Of a stretch of 64,000 nt of DNA, positions 45,545-55,588 are shown piece by piece. Within the stretch, counting starts at the first letter, position 1; each line of letters opens with the position of its first letter. This stretch comes from Myxococcales bacterium (GTDB lineage Bacteria > Myxococcota_A > Polyangia > Polyangiales > DASUME01): the NCBI GenBank assembly GCA_047601445.1, contig JASGJH010000001.1, forward strand, positions 672,001-736,000, given 5' to 3'. The notes under the pieces were generated by a model. That model saw only the letters and a program-made list of their open reading frames with translations, had not been told where the DNA came from and searched no databases. The translations under genes and the position numbers were made by a program.

Positions 45545-46544
45545 GGAATCCGCGCGGGACCAGCGTGCGCAGGGCGCAGTCGCAGACCGCGAGGCGTCAA
45601 GAGAGGTCCAGCGGGTTTCCGTGCGGGAGCTCCTCGAGCATCCGGATCTGCGCGAGGGCTTCACGTTGCGGGCCGGGGCTCCCGGGGTGGACCGCTTCAT
45701 CGACCACCAGCGGGTGCAGAAGTCTGGCCTGGTGCTGGCCATGCACTCCCAAGGCGTGTTGCCGCAGCGGATCCAGGTGCTCGGCGAAACCGAGATCAGT
45801 TATCTGGAGAGCTTGCCCGCGTCGGTGCGGGAAGAACGCGTCGTGTTCATGCTCTCGCTGGGCATGTCCCTGGTGGTGGTCACGCGCGGCGTGGAGCCGC
45901 CGCGGGCCCTGGTGGAGCACGCCGACCGCACGGGAACACCGCTCGTGATCTCGAGCCTGCGCTCGAGCGCCACCATCAATCGCCTGCACCATGTGCTCGA
46001 TCACGTGCTCGCGGCACGCACTCGCGTGCACGGCGTGTTCGTGGTGGTCCACGGCGTAGGTATTCTGCTCACGGGAGCCAGCGGCATCGGCAAGAGCGAG
46101 TGCGCGCTCTTCTTGGTGGAGCGCGGGCACCGGCTGGTGGCGGACGACCAGGTCGAGCTCACGCGCTTGCCCAACTCGACCCTGCTCGGGGCCCCGATCC
46201 CACTGCTGAAGCATCATTTGGAGATTCGGGGACTTGGCATCCTGAACATCCGCGACCTATTTGGCGCTACGGCGGTGCGTGAAGCGGCCCGGGTGGACCT
46301 GGTGGTCGAGCTGTGTCCCTTCCGTGACGACGAGTCTTACGAACGGCTGGGGCTCGACGACCAGAGCATCGAGCTGCTGGAAACCAGCGTCTCCAAGCTG
46401 CGGGTACCCGTGCGGCCCGGGCGAGATATGGCGGTCATCCTCGAGATCTCCGCGCGCAACCATCTGCTCAAACGTGAGGGCCTACACGGGGCGCGCCGGT
46501 TCGCCGAGCGGCTCGACCGAGAGCTCTTCCATCGTGACAAGTGA
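45525..46544 (+). CDS. hprK: HPr kinase/phosphorylase
   Basis: GASGIGKSE, RGHRLVADD, LEIRGLGI, PGR; start uncertain. Confidence 0.95.
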   Translation: MPTDKPEESARDQRAQGAVADREASREVQRVSVRELLEHPDLREGFTLRAGAPGVDRFIDHQRVQKSGLVLAMHSQGVLPQRIQVLGETEISYLESLPASVREERVVFMLSLGMSLVVVTRGVEPPRALVEHADRTGTPLVISSLRSSATINRLHHVLDHVLAARTRVHGVFVVVHGVGILLTGASGIGKSECALFLVERGHRLVADDQVELTRLPNSTLLGAPIPLLKHHLEIRGLGILNIRDLFGATAVREAARVDLVVELCPFRDDESYERLGLDDQSIELLETSVSKLRVPVRPGRDMAVILEISARNHLLKREGLHGARRFAERLDRELFHRDK

Positions 46545-46604
46545 CGCGGGCTCCAGACGCCGGACGACGACGTTGCACGTCGCAAAATTGAGTATGCTTG
46601 TGTC

Positions 46605-47462
46605 ATGAGCGCACAGCTCGTCATCGTCACGGGGCTGTCGGGGGCCGGTCGCACCACGGCCCTCAGAGTGCTCGAGGATCTCGGCTTCTATTGCGTCGAC
46701 AATCTGCCTCCGCGGCTCGCACCGGGGCTGCTCGAGCTGCTCGAGAGCGGCAACGAGGAGGTACCGGTGGGGCTCGGGGTCGACGTGCGCAGCGGCGTCT
46801 TCTTGGAGGGCGCCGGCGACGCGCTCGACGAGCTAGCCGCGCGCGGGTTTCCGCCGGAGGTGCTGTTCCTGGATGCCTCGGACGAGGCGTTGACCCGGCG
46901 CTTCAGCGAGACGCGGCGGCCTCATCGCCTGGCCCCGAGCGGGGATCTGCTGTCGGCGATCCGAGCCGAGCGCGAGCGCCTGGCGCCCCTGCGCCGCCGT
47001 GCCAGCCGCGTCATCGACACCACGCATCTCAACGTGCACGACCTGCGTCGCCAGTTGGTGGCCATCGTCTCGGGCCGACCCGACGGCATTCGCCTGGTCA
47101 CCCGCGTCGTCTCGTTCGGCTTCAAGTACGGCCTGCCGCAGGATGCCGACTTGGTGTTCGATCTGCGTTACCTGCCGAACCCCTATTTCGTGCCGGAACT
47201 GAGCGCCTTGAGCGGGCTCACCGAGCCGGTGCGCAACTACGTGCTGCAGACCGCAGAGGCGCAAGATCTACTCGAGGATTTGTCGCGCCTGTTGCAGAAG
47301 CTGCTGCCGCGCTACGCGGCCGAGGGCAAGGCCTATCTCACGGTGGCCATCGGCTGCACCGGTGGGCGGCACCGCTCGGTGGCCATGGCGGAGGCTCTCG
47401 GCGCCAAGCTCTCACACGGCGAGGTGGTGGTCGTGCACCGTGACGTCGAGAGGGCGAAGTGA
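46605..47462 (+). CDS. rapZ: RNase adapter RapZ
   Basis: TGLSGAG, CVDNLP, SFGFKYG, LPNPYF, GCTGGRHRSV. Confidence 0.95.
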   Translation: MSAQLVIVTGLSGAGRTTALRVLEDLGFYCVDNLPPRLAPGLLELLESGNEEVPVGLGVDVRSGVFLEGAGDALDELAARGFPPEVLFLDASDEALTRRFSETRRPHRLAPSGDLLSAIRAERERLAPLRRRASRVIDTTHLNVHDLRRQLVAIVSGRPDGIRLVTRVVSFGFKYGLPQDADLVFDLRYLPNPYFVPELSALSGLTEPVRNYVLQTAEAQDLLEDLSRLLQKLLPRYAAEGKAYLTVAIGCTGGRHRSVAMAEALGAKLSHGEVVVVHRDVERAK

Positions 47463-47737
47463 TGTCGGAGGCGCGCGGCAAGTTCCTGATCGTCAACAAG
47501 CTCGGCATGCACGCGCGGGCCGCCACCAAGCTCGTCCAGACCGCCAGCCGTTTCAAGGCCGACATCCAGGTCCAGAAAGACGGTCACTCCGCCAACGCCA
47601 AGAGTGTGATGGGCGTGCTGCTCCTGTGTGGTCATCAGGGTTCCAGCGTGGAGGTCTCGGCGCAGGGAGAGGACGCCGAAGAGGCCGTGAGGACGATCGG
47701 TGAGCTGATCGACAACCGCTTCGGGGAGTCGAGCTGA
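47462..47737 (+). CDS. ptsH: Phosphocarrier protein HPr
   Basis: NKLGMHARAA (His15) and NAKSVMGVL (Ser46). Confidence 0.95.
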   Translation: MSEARGKFLIVNKLGMHARAATKLVQTASRFKADIQVQKDGHSANAKSVMGVLLLCGHQGSSVEVSAQGEDAEEAVRTIGELIDNRFGESS

Positions 47738-49506
47738 TGTCCACGGAGCGCCGGGTCTTGAGCGGTATCGCCGCATCCCCTGGCGTTGCGGTCGGTCGAG
47801 TCTGCATCGTCGATCGCTCCCATGTCTACGTGCCCAGGCGTTACGTGGCGCGCGATGAGCTTGCGGCCGAAGAGAAGCGCCTGCACCAGGCCATCGAAGC
47901 GTCGCGCATGGAGCTGGAGAGCATCCGCGCGCGCATCGGCTCGGTGGCGGAGAACCGCTTGCTGCTCGACGCTCAGCTCTTGATGCACCGGGACGAGCTC
48001 TTGATCGATGGTGCGATCGAGCTCTTGCGGGAGCGCTCCATCAACGCCGAATGGGCGCTCGCCCAGGTCATCGCGCGCATCGCGGAGCGCATGCGCCAGG
48101 CCAACGAGGAGTACTTCCGCGAGCGCGCGGTGGACATCGAGCACGTGGGCCAGCGCATCCAGCACAAGCTGGTGGGGGGCGACATGATGTTGCCTCAAGT
48201 TGGGCCCGACTCGGTGATCGTGGCGGACGACCTCGGACCCGCCGACGCCGCACAGCTGCTGCGCTCCATGGCCGGTGGCATCGCGATCGATCTGGGCAGC
48301 GCCTCCAGCCACACGGCCATTCTCGCGCGCGCCCTGCATATCCCCGCGGTGGTGGGGGTCCGCAACTTGTCGCGGCTGGTGGCCGACGACGACCTCGTGA
48401 TCGTCGACGCGTTCCGGGGTGAGGTGGTGCTGTCGCCGAGTGAATCCGAGCTGGAGCTCGCGCGCTCGCGCGGGCAGCGCTATCGCACGTTCACCCAGGG
48501 CCTACGTGAGCGCGTGGGTCCGAGCGTGCAGACCCGCGAGGGAACCCAAATCGTGCTCGACGCCAACGTCGAGGTGCCGCCCGAGGCCGCGCTGGCGCTG
48601 GCGGCCGGGGCTTCGGGTATCGGGCTCTACCGAACCGAGTTTCTGTACCTCGATCGCACCTCCACGCCGAACGAAGAAGAGCAAGCCACCATCTACCGCG
48701 ACGTGGCGCAGGTGCTCGCGCCGCGCCCGGTGGTCTTTCGCACCTTCGATATGGGAGGCGATCGCTTGCACGGCTTCGAGCGCGAGGCCGACTCGTTCAA
48801 CCCCGCGCTCGGCCTGCGCGCGTTGCGACTCGGCCTCTCGCATCCCTCGCTGCTGAAGACCCAGCTGCGCGCCATCCTGCGCGCCAGCGAGCTCGGTAAT
48901 GTCCACATCATGTTCCCGCTCGTAACCAGCGTGCAGGAGCTGCGCTGCGCGCGCGCTCTCTTGGCCCAGGTGACGCAGGAGCTCGAGGCCGAAGGAGTGG
49001 CCCTGGGAGAGGTGAAGGTGGGCTGCATGATCGAGGTGCCCTCGGCCGCGCTCACGGCGGGCGCGCTGGCCCGGGAGTGCGACTTCTTCTCGGTCGGCAC
49101 CAACGATCTCGTGCAGTACGCCATGGCCGTCGACCGCTCGAACCCGCAGGTGGCTCACCTGGGCAATCCTCTGCACCCCGCGGTGTTGCGCCTGCTCGAG
49201 ATGACCACCAAGGCCGGCAAGCAACACAACATCGACGTGGCCATGTGCGGCGGCATGGCGGCGGACCTGATCGCCTTGCCCATCGTGCTCGGGCTGGGTT
49301 ACGAGCACCTCTCGGTGGACATCGGCTACCTGCCCCTGACGCGTGCCTGCATCGAGCGGGTCGACATGAAGATGGCGCGAGAAGTCGCCGCCTACGCGCT
49401 CGAATGTGGCACGGCGGAAGAAGTGCGTGAGCTGGTCATGCGGTATTTTCGGACCGACTTGCGGGAGCTCTGGGAGGAGCAGGGGCTAATCCATGAAGGT
49501 TCATGA
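47737..49506 (+). CDS. ptsI: PEP-protein phosphotransferase (Enzyme I, no GAF domain)
   Basis: GIAASPG, SHTAILARAL, GLYRTEF, NPALGLR, SVGTNDL.QY, MCG. Confidence 0.95.
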   Translation: MSTERRVLSGIAASPGVAVGRVCIVDRSHVYVPRRYVARDELAAEEKRLHQAIEASRMELESIRARIGSVAENRLLLDAQLLMHRDELLIDGAIELLRERSINAEWALAQVIARIAERMRQANEEYFRERAVDIEHVGQRIQHKLVGGDMMLPQVGPDSVIVADDLGPADAAQLLRSMAGGIAIDLGSASSHTAILARALHIPAVVGVRNLSRLVADDDLVIVDAFRGEVVLSPSESELELARSRGQRYRTFTQGLRERVGPSVQTREGTQIVLDANVEVPPEAALALAAGASGIGLYRTEFLYLDRTSTPNEEEQATIYRDVAQVLAPRPVVFRTFDMGGDRLHGFEREADSFNPALGLRALRLGLSHPSLLKTQLRAILRASELGNVHIMFPLVTSVQELRCARALLAQVTQELEAEGVALGEVKVGCMIEVPSAALTAGALARECDFFSVGTNDLVQYAMAVDRSNPQVAHLGNPLHPAVLRLLEMTTKAGKQHNIDVAMCGGMAADLIALPIVLGLGYEHLSVDIGYLPLTRACIERVDMKMAREVAAYALECGTAEEVRELVMRYFRTDLRELWEEQGLIHEGS

Positions 49507-49921
49507 GTTTGCGGCACCGGATCACGCGTTCAATCATCGCTTCCGCGTGGCGGTTTCGGATATCGACGAGCTCGGGCACGCCAACAACGTCGTTTGGGTG
49601 CGCTGGATCAACGAGGCGGCTTTGGCTCACTGCGAGGCCGTGGGGTTCGGTCCCAAGGCGCTCACGGACCTTGCGCTCGCCTGGGTGGTGCGGCGTCACG
49701 ACATCGAGTACCTGCTGCCTGCGCTGGCGGACCAGGAGATCGAAGCGTTCACGTGGCCCGTCACGCTCAAGGGCGTGACCTCCATGCGGCGCACCCTGTT
49801 TCAGCACGCGGGCAAGGTCCTGGCCCGCGCCGAGACCACCTGGATCATGATTGATCTGACCTCGGCCAAGCCCAAGCGGGTACCGCCCGAGTTCGCGCGC
49901 GTTTTCGGCTTCGCGGCGTAG
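49493..49921 (+). CDS. Acyl-CoA thioesterase (4HBT/YbgC hotdog family)
   Basis: DIDELGHANN motif. Confidence 0.88.
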   Translation: MKVHEFAAPDHAFNHRFRVAVSDIDELGHANNVVWVRWINEAALAHCEAVGFGPKALTDLALAWVVRRHDIEYLLPALADQEIEAFTWPVTLKGVTSMRRTLFQHAGKVLARAETTWIMIDLTSAKPKRVPPEFARVFGFAA

Positions 49922-49993
49922 GCAGGGAGGAGCCCGCGCCGACCAGGGCAGGGCGCTGTGCTCGCGTCGCAAACGGCTCGATGGGCCGCGTGC

Positions 49994-52576
49994 CTAGTCG
50001 AGCAGGTAGCGACGTAGCTGGCTGATGAAGGCGTCACGCTGCTCGGCGGCTGCGTCGGCCTCCACGTTGCCCTTCTCCGAGAACTTGAGCAGCCCGTGAT
50101 CCTTGAGGGCGAGCAGAGCATTCTCGAGCTTGGGCTTGGAAATGGACTCGCGGTCCTGGATCTCTCCAGCCAAGTACAGGCGTTGGCCGACCGCCAGCGC
50201 CTTCTTCATAAAGTCCTTACGCGAGAGCCCGCCGGCCGGCAGCTCTCCCAGGGCCTTGGCGCCGAGCCAGTAGGCCTCGAAATAACTGCGGATCATGGCC
50301 GCGTACACGCGCACGCGCTGCCCCGGGCGCCCCTCGGCGGTGCGGATGCGGTCGACGAAGCGCTCGACCTCTCCGGAGCGCAGCATGCCCTCCAGTGCGT
50401 CGTCGAAGATCTTCTCGAAGTCCGTGTCCGCGCGGTACATGAACTCGTACTTGAACAGGCGCGAGATTTTGCGCACGCGCTCGCGCAGCGTGTGCTCGGA
50501 GACGGCGTTCTCGTCGTCGCTCACCAACAGGGCGGTGGAGATGAGAGCGCTCGGCACGAAGAAGTGCACGATGTTGTTCTTGTAGTACTCGAGGGCGAGC
50601 CGGCGCTCTTCGGGCACCGTGTACACGGCGTCGCGACCGTCGCCGTGCTGCACCACCAGCTTGCCGTCGCGCAGCAGTGCTACGGCTTCGTCGATGGCGC
50701 GGGCGTTGATGGGGCCCGGGTCGTCGATGGTGGGCGCTAGCCGCGCGTCGAAGCGGCGCAACACGTCGCGCACCATGTTGGCCATCTCGTCGAGCTGCAC
50801 ACGCCCGAGGCCGCGTCGCCGGTGGGCCATCAGGCAGCTGGCGATCAGGGCTACGGGGGTCACCACGGTGACGCGGTTGATCTCGTAGGTGGCGCGGTGG
50901 CCGATGCGCTGCACCAGGTTCTTGCGCTCGTTCTCGTCGAGCTCCCCGGGCTCGCGGTGCGCGCTGCCACCTGCCTGCAGCGAGTCTTCGAGCAGCTTCT
51001 CGAAGGGCATGACATCGCCGAACTGGATGTACAGGCGACCGTAGCGCGAGCGCAGGACATCCGGCGTCTTGAGCAGCCCCCCGATGTTCTCCTTTTGCTT
51101 GTCGCCACCCGCCAGCTCGTCCACGTAGCTCTGCTGTTCGACGATGAGCTCGTAGCCTACAGAGATGGGTACGAAGTGCACCCGGCGGCCCTTGAGCGCC
51201 AGGCAGGCGTCGACCAGCATCGAGAGCAGACCGAACTTGGGCGGCAATAGCTTACCGGTACGCGAGCGACCGCCCTCGATGAAGAGCTCGATGTGGTGCC
51301 CGTCGAGCAACAGCTTGCGCATGTAGGTGTCGACGACGGACGAATAGAGCTTCTTGCCCTTGAAGCTACGCCGGATGAAGAAGGCGCCGCCGCGGCGCAG
51401 GATCGGCCCGAGCGGCCAAAAGCTGAGGTTGTCGCCGGCCGCGATGAGTGGTGGCGAGAGCTGGTGCGCGTAAAACACATCGCTGAGCACCAGATAGTCC
51501 ACGTGGCTCTTGTGGCTGGGCAGCAGGATCAACGGGCCGTGCCGAGCCGCCTCGCGCACGCGGGCCAGCCCCGCCTCGTCCACGTCGATGCCGTCGTAGA
51601 TCTTGTGCCACACGCGATCCAACAGCCGGTGCAGGATGGCGAGGGTGTAGATGTCGGGCGTGCCGCACAGTTTGCGCAGCTCCTTGTCGACCTCGGCCAC
51701 CACCTGGGTCTCGCTGCGGTTCGAGCTGCGCATGGCCTCCTGGATGTCCTTGCGCAGGCGCGGGCTCTTGATGATCTCCTCGCGCAGACGATGCGGGGTC
51801 TTCTTGGTGGGACCCACCACCAAGGTGCGCTCGCGCTCCATGCGCCGTGTGACCGCGTAGCGAACCTTCTCGGCGGCTTCCGTGTCGGAGAGTCCAGGGT
51901 TGGCCGTGAGGAAGGCCTTCAAATCGAAGGGCTCGCCGGTGCGCAATACGGCGTCGCGATAGTGGATGAGGAAGCGGAAGATGGAGCGCACGCGGCCCGG
52001 CCACTCCATGGGACCGAGCAAGAAATCCCAGGGGCGCCGCTGCTGTTGTCCAGCGATCTTTCCCCAGATGAACGTCTGCGGCACGAGCAGGATAGGGCGC
52101 TCGCTCTCGCGCTGCGCCGCGATCAGCGTGACCACCAGGTCGGTCGCCGGATCTTCTCCTTTGCGCGAGGTGGTGCCGATGCCGGGCGGTCTGCGCAGAA
52201 ACAAGAGCGCGCTCTGGTGCTGACGCAGCTTCTTGGCGAGCGCGGCCTGTTCGGAGGCTGCCTTGGTCTCGCCGCGCTTGGGACGCAGACGGCCGAACGG
52301 CCCCCACAACCACAGGCCGAGATCGTTCACGAAGCGCAGCAGAGGGAGCTCGAAGCGCTTGGTCAGGTAGTCGAGGCACAGGAAGTCGACCACCGACAGC
52401 GATCGCATCATGTAGACGACGGTCCCGCGCATGGCCGCGCTGCGGACCGCCTCGACCCACTGCGGATCCACGTGGATGTGCCGGAAGAAGCGGGCGGTGA
52501 GCCAGCGCAAGAAGCCGTTCGGTCGGTAGACGGGGGTACTTTCTTCGCGGCTGGCTTCAGTGATGGCAGCGGTCAT
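49994..52576 (-). CDS. plsB: Glycerol-3-phosphate O-acyltransferase
   Basis: PSHKSHVDY, GAFFIRR, FIEGGRSRTG, YYKNN; start uncertain. Confidence 0.93.
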   Translation of the reverse strand: MTAAITEASREESTPVYRPNGFLRWLTARFFRHIHVDPQWVEAVRSAAMRGTVVYMMRSLSVVDFLCLDYLTKRFELPLLRFVNDLGLWLWGPFGRLRPKRGETKAASEQAALAKKLRQHQSALLFLRRPPGIGTTSRKGEDPATDLVVTLIAAQRESERPILLVPQTFIWGKIAGQQQRRPWDFLLGPMEWPGRVRSIFRFLIHYRDAVLRTGEPFDLKAFLTANPGLSDTEAAEKVRYAVTRRMERERTLVVGPTKKTPHRLREEIIKSPRLRKDIQEAMRSSNRSETQVVAEVDKELRKLCGTPDIYTLAILHRLLDRVWHKIYDGIDVDEAGLARVREAARHGPLILLPSHKSHVDYLVLSDVFYAHQLSPPLIAAGDNLSFWPLGPILRRGGAFFIRRSFKGKKLYSSVVDTYMRKLLLDGHHIELFIEGGRSRTGKLLPPKFGLLSMLVDACLALKGRRVHFVPISVGYELIVEQQSYVDELAGGDKQKENIGGLLKTPDVLRSRYGRLYIQFGDVMPFEKLLEDSLQAGGSAHREPGELDENERKNLVQRIGHRATYEINRVTVVTPVALIASCLMAHRRRGLGRVQLDEMANMVRDVLRRFDARLAPTIDDPGPINARAIDEAVALLRDGKLVVQHGDGRDAVYTVPEERRLALEYYKNNIVHFFVPSALISTALLVSDDENAVSEHTLRERVRKISRLFKYEFMYRADTDFEKIFDDALEGMLRSGEVERFVDRIRTAEGRPGQRVRVYAAMIRSYFEAYWLGAKALGELPAGGLSRKDFMKKALAVGQRLYLAGEIQDRESISKPKLENALLALKDHGLLKFSEKGNVEADAAAEQRDAFISQLRRYLLD

Positions 52577-52729
52577 CGGACGCCCAAACCTAGCAAAGGC
52601 GCGCCGGTGCGGCTGGCCCGAAACCGCCACTGAGCCGATGTAATCTGGCTTTTTGCACAGGGCTGCCGCGGCGCGTCAGCCGGGGTGCCATGCGCGCCGG
52701 CAGTGCGGCTCTAGCGGTCGCCCCGCCGT

Positions 52730-53293
52730 TCAGGGAGAGGCTTGTGCGCCGCTGGCCGAAAAGTCCGCGCTCAAGCTGCGCCGCTCGGCGCGGGAGATCG
52801 TGATCGCATCGAGCACGCGACGCGTTCCGCGCGATTCGATCTCGACGCTGTAGGTCCCGGCGCTGACTCGACTGGTCACACCGGCAGTCAGCGTGGCGAT
52901 GACGTCCTTGCCTCGCAGCAGCCTGATGGTGCCCACCGTGCGTCGGCCGTCCCGGGTCAGCTCCACCAGGATCTCGCCGGTCTCGAAGCTGGCCCGGGCC
53001 TTCGTGAGCTCACCCACGCGCGCTTCGACGCGCTGCTTGGAGGTCGGGGCGTCGATGGCGCCGTCGAGGGTGATCTGCAGGTCGTAGCCGCCCGGCGGAA
53101 CCTCCTGAGCGCGGCCGCAGCTGCCCTTGGCGATCTGGGTTTCCCCGGACATCACGCGGAAAGAACCCAGGGCCGGCTGGCCATTCTCCTGCACCTCGCA
53201 GTCGACGCGGGCGCTCGGGGCAGCGGCCACCGAGGTCGCCGACGACACGCCCAGGAGCGCTGAAATGGCGAAAAATACGAAGGACTTGCGCAT
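52730..53293 (-). CDS. Secreted beta-rich hypothetical protein
   Basis: Signal peptide MRKSFVFFAISALLGVSSA; two repeated G.Y beta modules. Confidence 0.7.
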   Translation of the reverse strand: MRKSFVFFAISALLGVSSATSVAAAPSARVDCEVQENGQPALGSFRVMSGETQIAKGSCGRAQEVPPGGYDLQITLDGAIDAPTSKQRVEARVGELTKARASFETGEILVELTRDGRRTVGTIRLLRGKDVIATLTAGVTSRVSAGTYSVEIESRGTRRVLDAITISRAERRSLSADFSASGAQASP

Positions 53294-53420
53294 GTAATCG
53301 ACTTTCTGGGAGGGCCTGCGCCAGGTCCCGAGCCCGGAACTCGGCTGGCCGCCGTTCCGCTGCGTGCGGAGCCCCATAGCAAGCCGAACCGGGCTCCGAA
53401 AGCAGCGTGTGCGCCTGAGC

Positions 53421-53449
53421 TTGACAGGGCACTCGGCCAAGCTAACACT
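53421..53449 (+). promoter_or_regulatory. Putative sigma70 promoter of rplM-rpsI
   Basis: Perfect TTGACA at 53421-53426; weak -10 (TAACAC/AACACT) at 16-17 bp spacing. Confidence 0.55.
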
Positions 53450-53464
53450 TCGCCTCCCGTTCGG

Positions 53465-53542
53465 GTCGGCAATTGCCTTTAGGTAAAAAGGTTGGCCTCC
53501 GGGTCAGGTTCAAGGCTTCGGTTCCTCGTAAGAGGTGCCGAC
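53465..53542 (+). ncRNA. Candidate structured 5' leader of rplM-rpsI
   Basis: GTCGGCA/TGCCGAC stem enclosing hairpins with UCCG, UUCG and GUAA tetraloops. Confidence 0.5.
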
Positions 53543-53565
53543 TGCAAGAGAGACGGAAGGTATCG

Positions 53566-53994
53566 ATGCGCACGCTCAGCGCCAAGGCCGAAGAAGTAAA
53601 CCGCCGTTGGTTCGTGGTGAACGCCGAAGGCAAGACCCTCGGCCGTATCGCCACCCAGATCGCTGCGGTGCTTCGCGGCAAGACCAAGCCCGAGTACACG
53701 CCCCACGTGGACACCGGTGACTTCGTGATCGTCATCAACGCCGAGAAGGTCAAGGTCACGGGCGCGAAGCTCGACCACACCTTCTATCACCGGCACCTCG
53801 GTCGTCCCGGCGGCATGCTGGAGTTCACCTACCGCGACGCGCTCGACAAGCGTCCCACTTTGGCCATCGAGCACGCCGTCAAGGGCATGCTGCCCAAGAA
53901 CCCGCTCGGCCGTAAGATGGCCACCAAGCTCAAGGTCTACGCCGGTGCGGCTCACCCGCACGCCGCGCAGCAGCCCGAAAACCTCGCGGTTTGA
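53566..53994 (+). CDS. rplM: 50S ribosomal protein L13
   Basis: [29 protein letters not shown]. Confidence 0.98.
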   Translation: MRTLSAKAEEVNRRWFVVNAEGKTLGRIATQIAAVLRGKTKPEYTPHVDTGDFVIVINAEKVKVTGAKLDHTFYHRHLGRPGGMLEFTYRDALDKRPTLAIEHAVKGMLPKNPLGRKMATKLKVYAGAAHPHAAQQPENLAV

Positions 53995-54022
53995 AGATTA
54001 AGCAAGAGAGATAGGACCCCAG

Positions 54023-54427
54023 ATGCCTCAGGCGATCATTCACGGCAAGAACTACGGCACGGGCCGCCGCAAGACCGCGGTCGCGCGCGTTTTCCTCAAG
54101 TCCGGCGAGGGCAAGATCTCGATCAACGGCCGCACGCCGGAGGATTACTTCCCCCGCGAGACGCTCCGCATGATCATGGGCCAGCCCTTCGACGTGCTCG
54201 AGAAGCAGGGCCAGTTCGACGTGGTGGTCAACGTTCACGGCGGCGGCATCGCAGCGCAGGCTGAGGCCGTTCGTCATGGCATCTCGCGCGCCCTGCTCAG
54301 CGTGAGCCCCGAGTACCGCACGCCCCTCAAGCGTGCCGGCTACCTCACGCGTGACTCGCGTAAGGTCGAGCGCAAGAAGCCCGGTCGTCCCGGCGCACGC
54401 AAGCGCTTCCAGTACTCGAAGCGCTGA
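54023..54427 (+). CDS. rpsI: 30S ribosomal protein S9
   Basis: [18 protein letters not shown]-terminal FQYSKR. Confidence 0.98.
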   Translation: MPQAIIHGKNYGTGRRKTAVARVFLKSGEGKISINGRTPEDYFPRETLRMIMGQPFDVLEKQGQFDVVVNVHGGGIAAQAEAVRHGISRALLSVSPEYRTPLKRAGYLTRDSRKVERKKPGRPGARKRFQYSKR

Positions 54428-54452
54428 TCCCAAGCTTCTGGTTTCACACCGC

Positions 54453-54490
54453 GCGCGCCATCAGGGATCTGGTGGCGCGTTCGTCGTTTT
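54453..54490 (+). terminator. Probable intrinsic terminator after rpsI
   Basis: GCGCGCCATCAG-ggat-CTGGTGGCGCGT hairpin followed by a T-rich tail. Confidence 0.65.
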
Positions 54491-54522
54491 GGGCGTGCAC
54501 TTGATAGCCATTGGAGTTCGCA

Positions 54523-55588
54523 ATGCAGCTGGAGCAGAGCACAGGCAAGGTCCGCGTCGCTGTCGTGGGGGCCACCGGATATACCGGGTCCGAGCTGCTG
54601 CGACTGATTCACGTGCACCCGCGAGCCGAGGTGTCGGTGGTGGCGGGGCACGGCAAGGCCGGTCAGAAGATCGCAAACGTCTTGCCCAACCTCCACGGTG
54701 TCTACGCGGGCGAGGTCGTGGCTGCGGATCCAGCCGCCATCGCGGCGCAGTGTCAGGCTGCTTTCTGTGGCTTGCCCCACGGAGCTAGCGCCCCCATCGT
54801 GCGGGAGCTGCGCGCGAAGGGCGTGATCGTGTTCGATCTTTCGGCCGACTTCCGGCTCAAGGATTCTCGCGGTCTATCGCGAGTGGTACGGCGAGCACGG
54901 CGCGCCCGAGCTCAACCCCCAGGCGGTCTACGGCCTGTGCGAGTTCGAGCGGGAAGCCATCGCCAAGGCCGACCTCGTGGCGGTCCCCGGCTGCTACCCC
55001 ACGGCCACGTCGCTGGCGCTCGCGCCGCTGGTCAAGGCCGGCATCATCGACCTCGACAGCATCGTAGTGGACGCCAAGAGCGGCGCCTCCGGCGGCGGGC
55101 GCGGACTCGCGGAGAGCTTCCATTTCTCTCAGCTGGCAGAGGGCTTCCGGGCTTACAAGGTCGGCGGGCTGCACCGCCATACCCCCGAGATCGAGCAAGC
55201 GCTGGGTAAGTACGCAGGGCGTTCGGTGCGTATCACCTTCACGCCGCACCTGGTGCCCATGATCCGAGGCATCCTCTCGACCTGCTACGCCAAGCTCACC
55301 CGGGACGCGAACCGCGAAGAGTGCACCGAGCTGGCGCGCGCCATGTACCAGGGGTCGCCTTCGGTCACCGTGCTCGAGCCCGGCGAAAACCCCGATACGG
55401 CCTGGGTCAAGAGCTCCAACCGCTGCTTCCTCTCGTACACCGTGGACAAGCGCACGGGCCGCGTCATCGCGCAGTCCGTAATCGACAACCTGGTGAAGGG
55501 CGCCTCGGGACAGGCCATCCAGTGCTTCAACCTGCGTTTCGGGTTCCCGGAAGGGACGGGGCTCGAGGGCGTGGGCACGTTCCCATGA
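54523..55588 (+). CDS. argC: N-acetyl-gamma-glutamyl-phosphate reductase; apparent +1 frameshift at 54862-54866
   Basis: GATGYTG and DLSADFRL in one frame; YGL, PGCYPT, HRHTPEI and DNLVKGASGQA in the next. Confidence 0.93.

Noticed and set aside
54523..55588. argC (and three other genes) as true pseudogenes
   Set aside because: One identical single-base lesion each and no other decay; a systematic error is more economical
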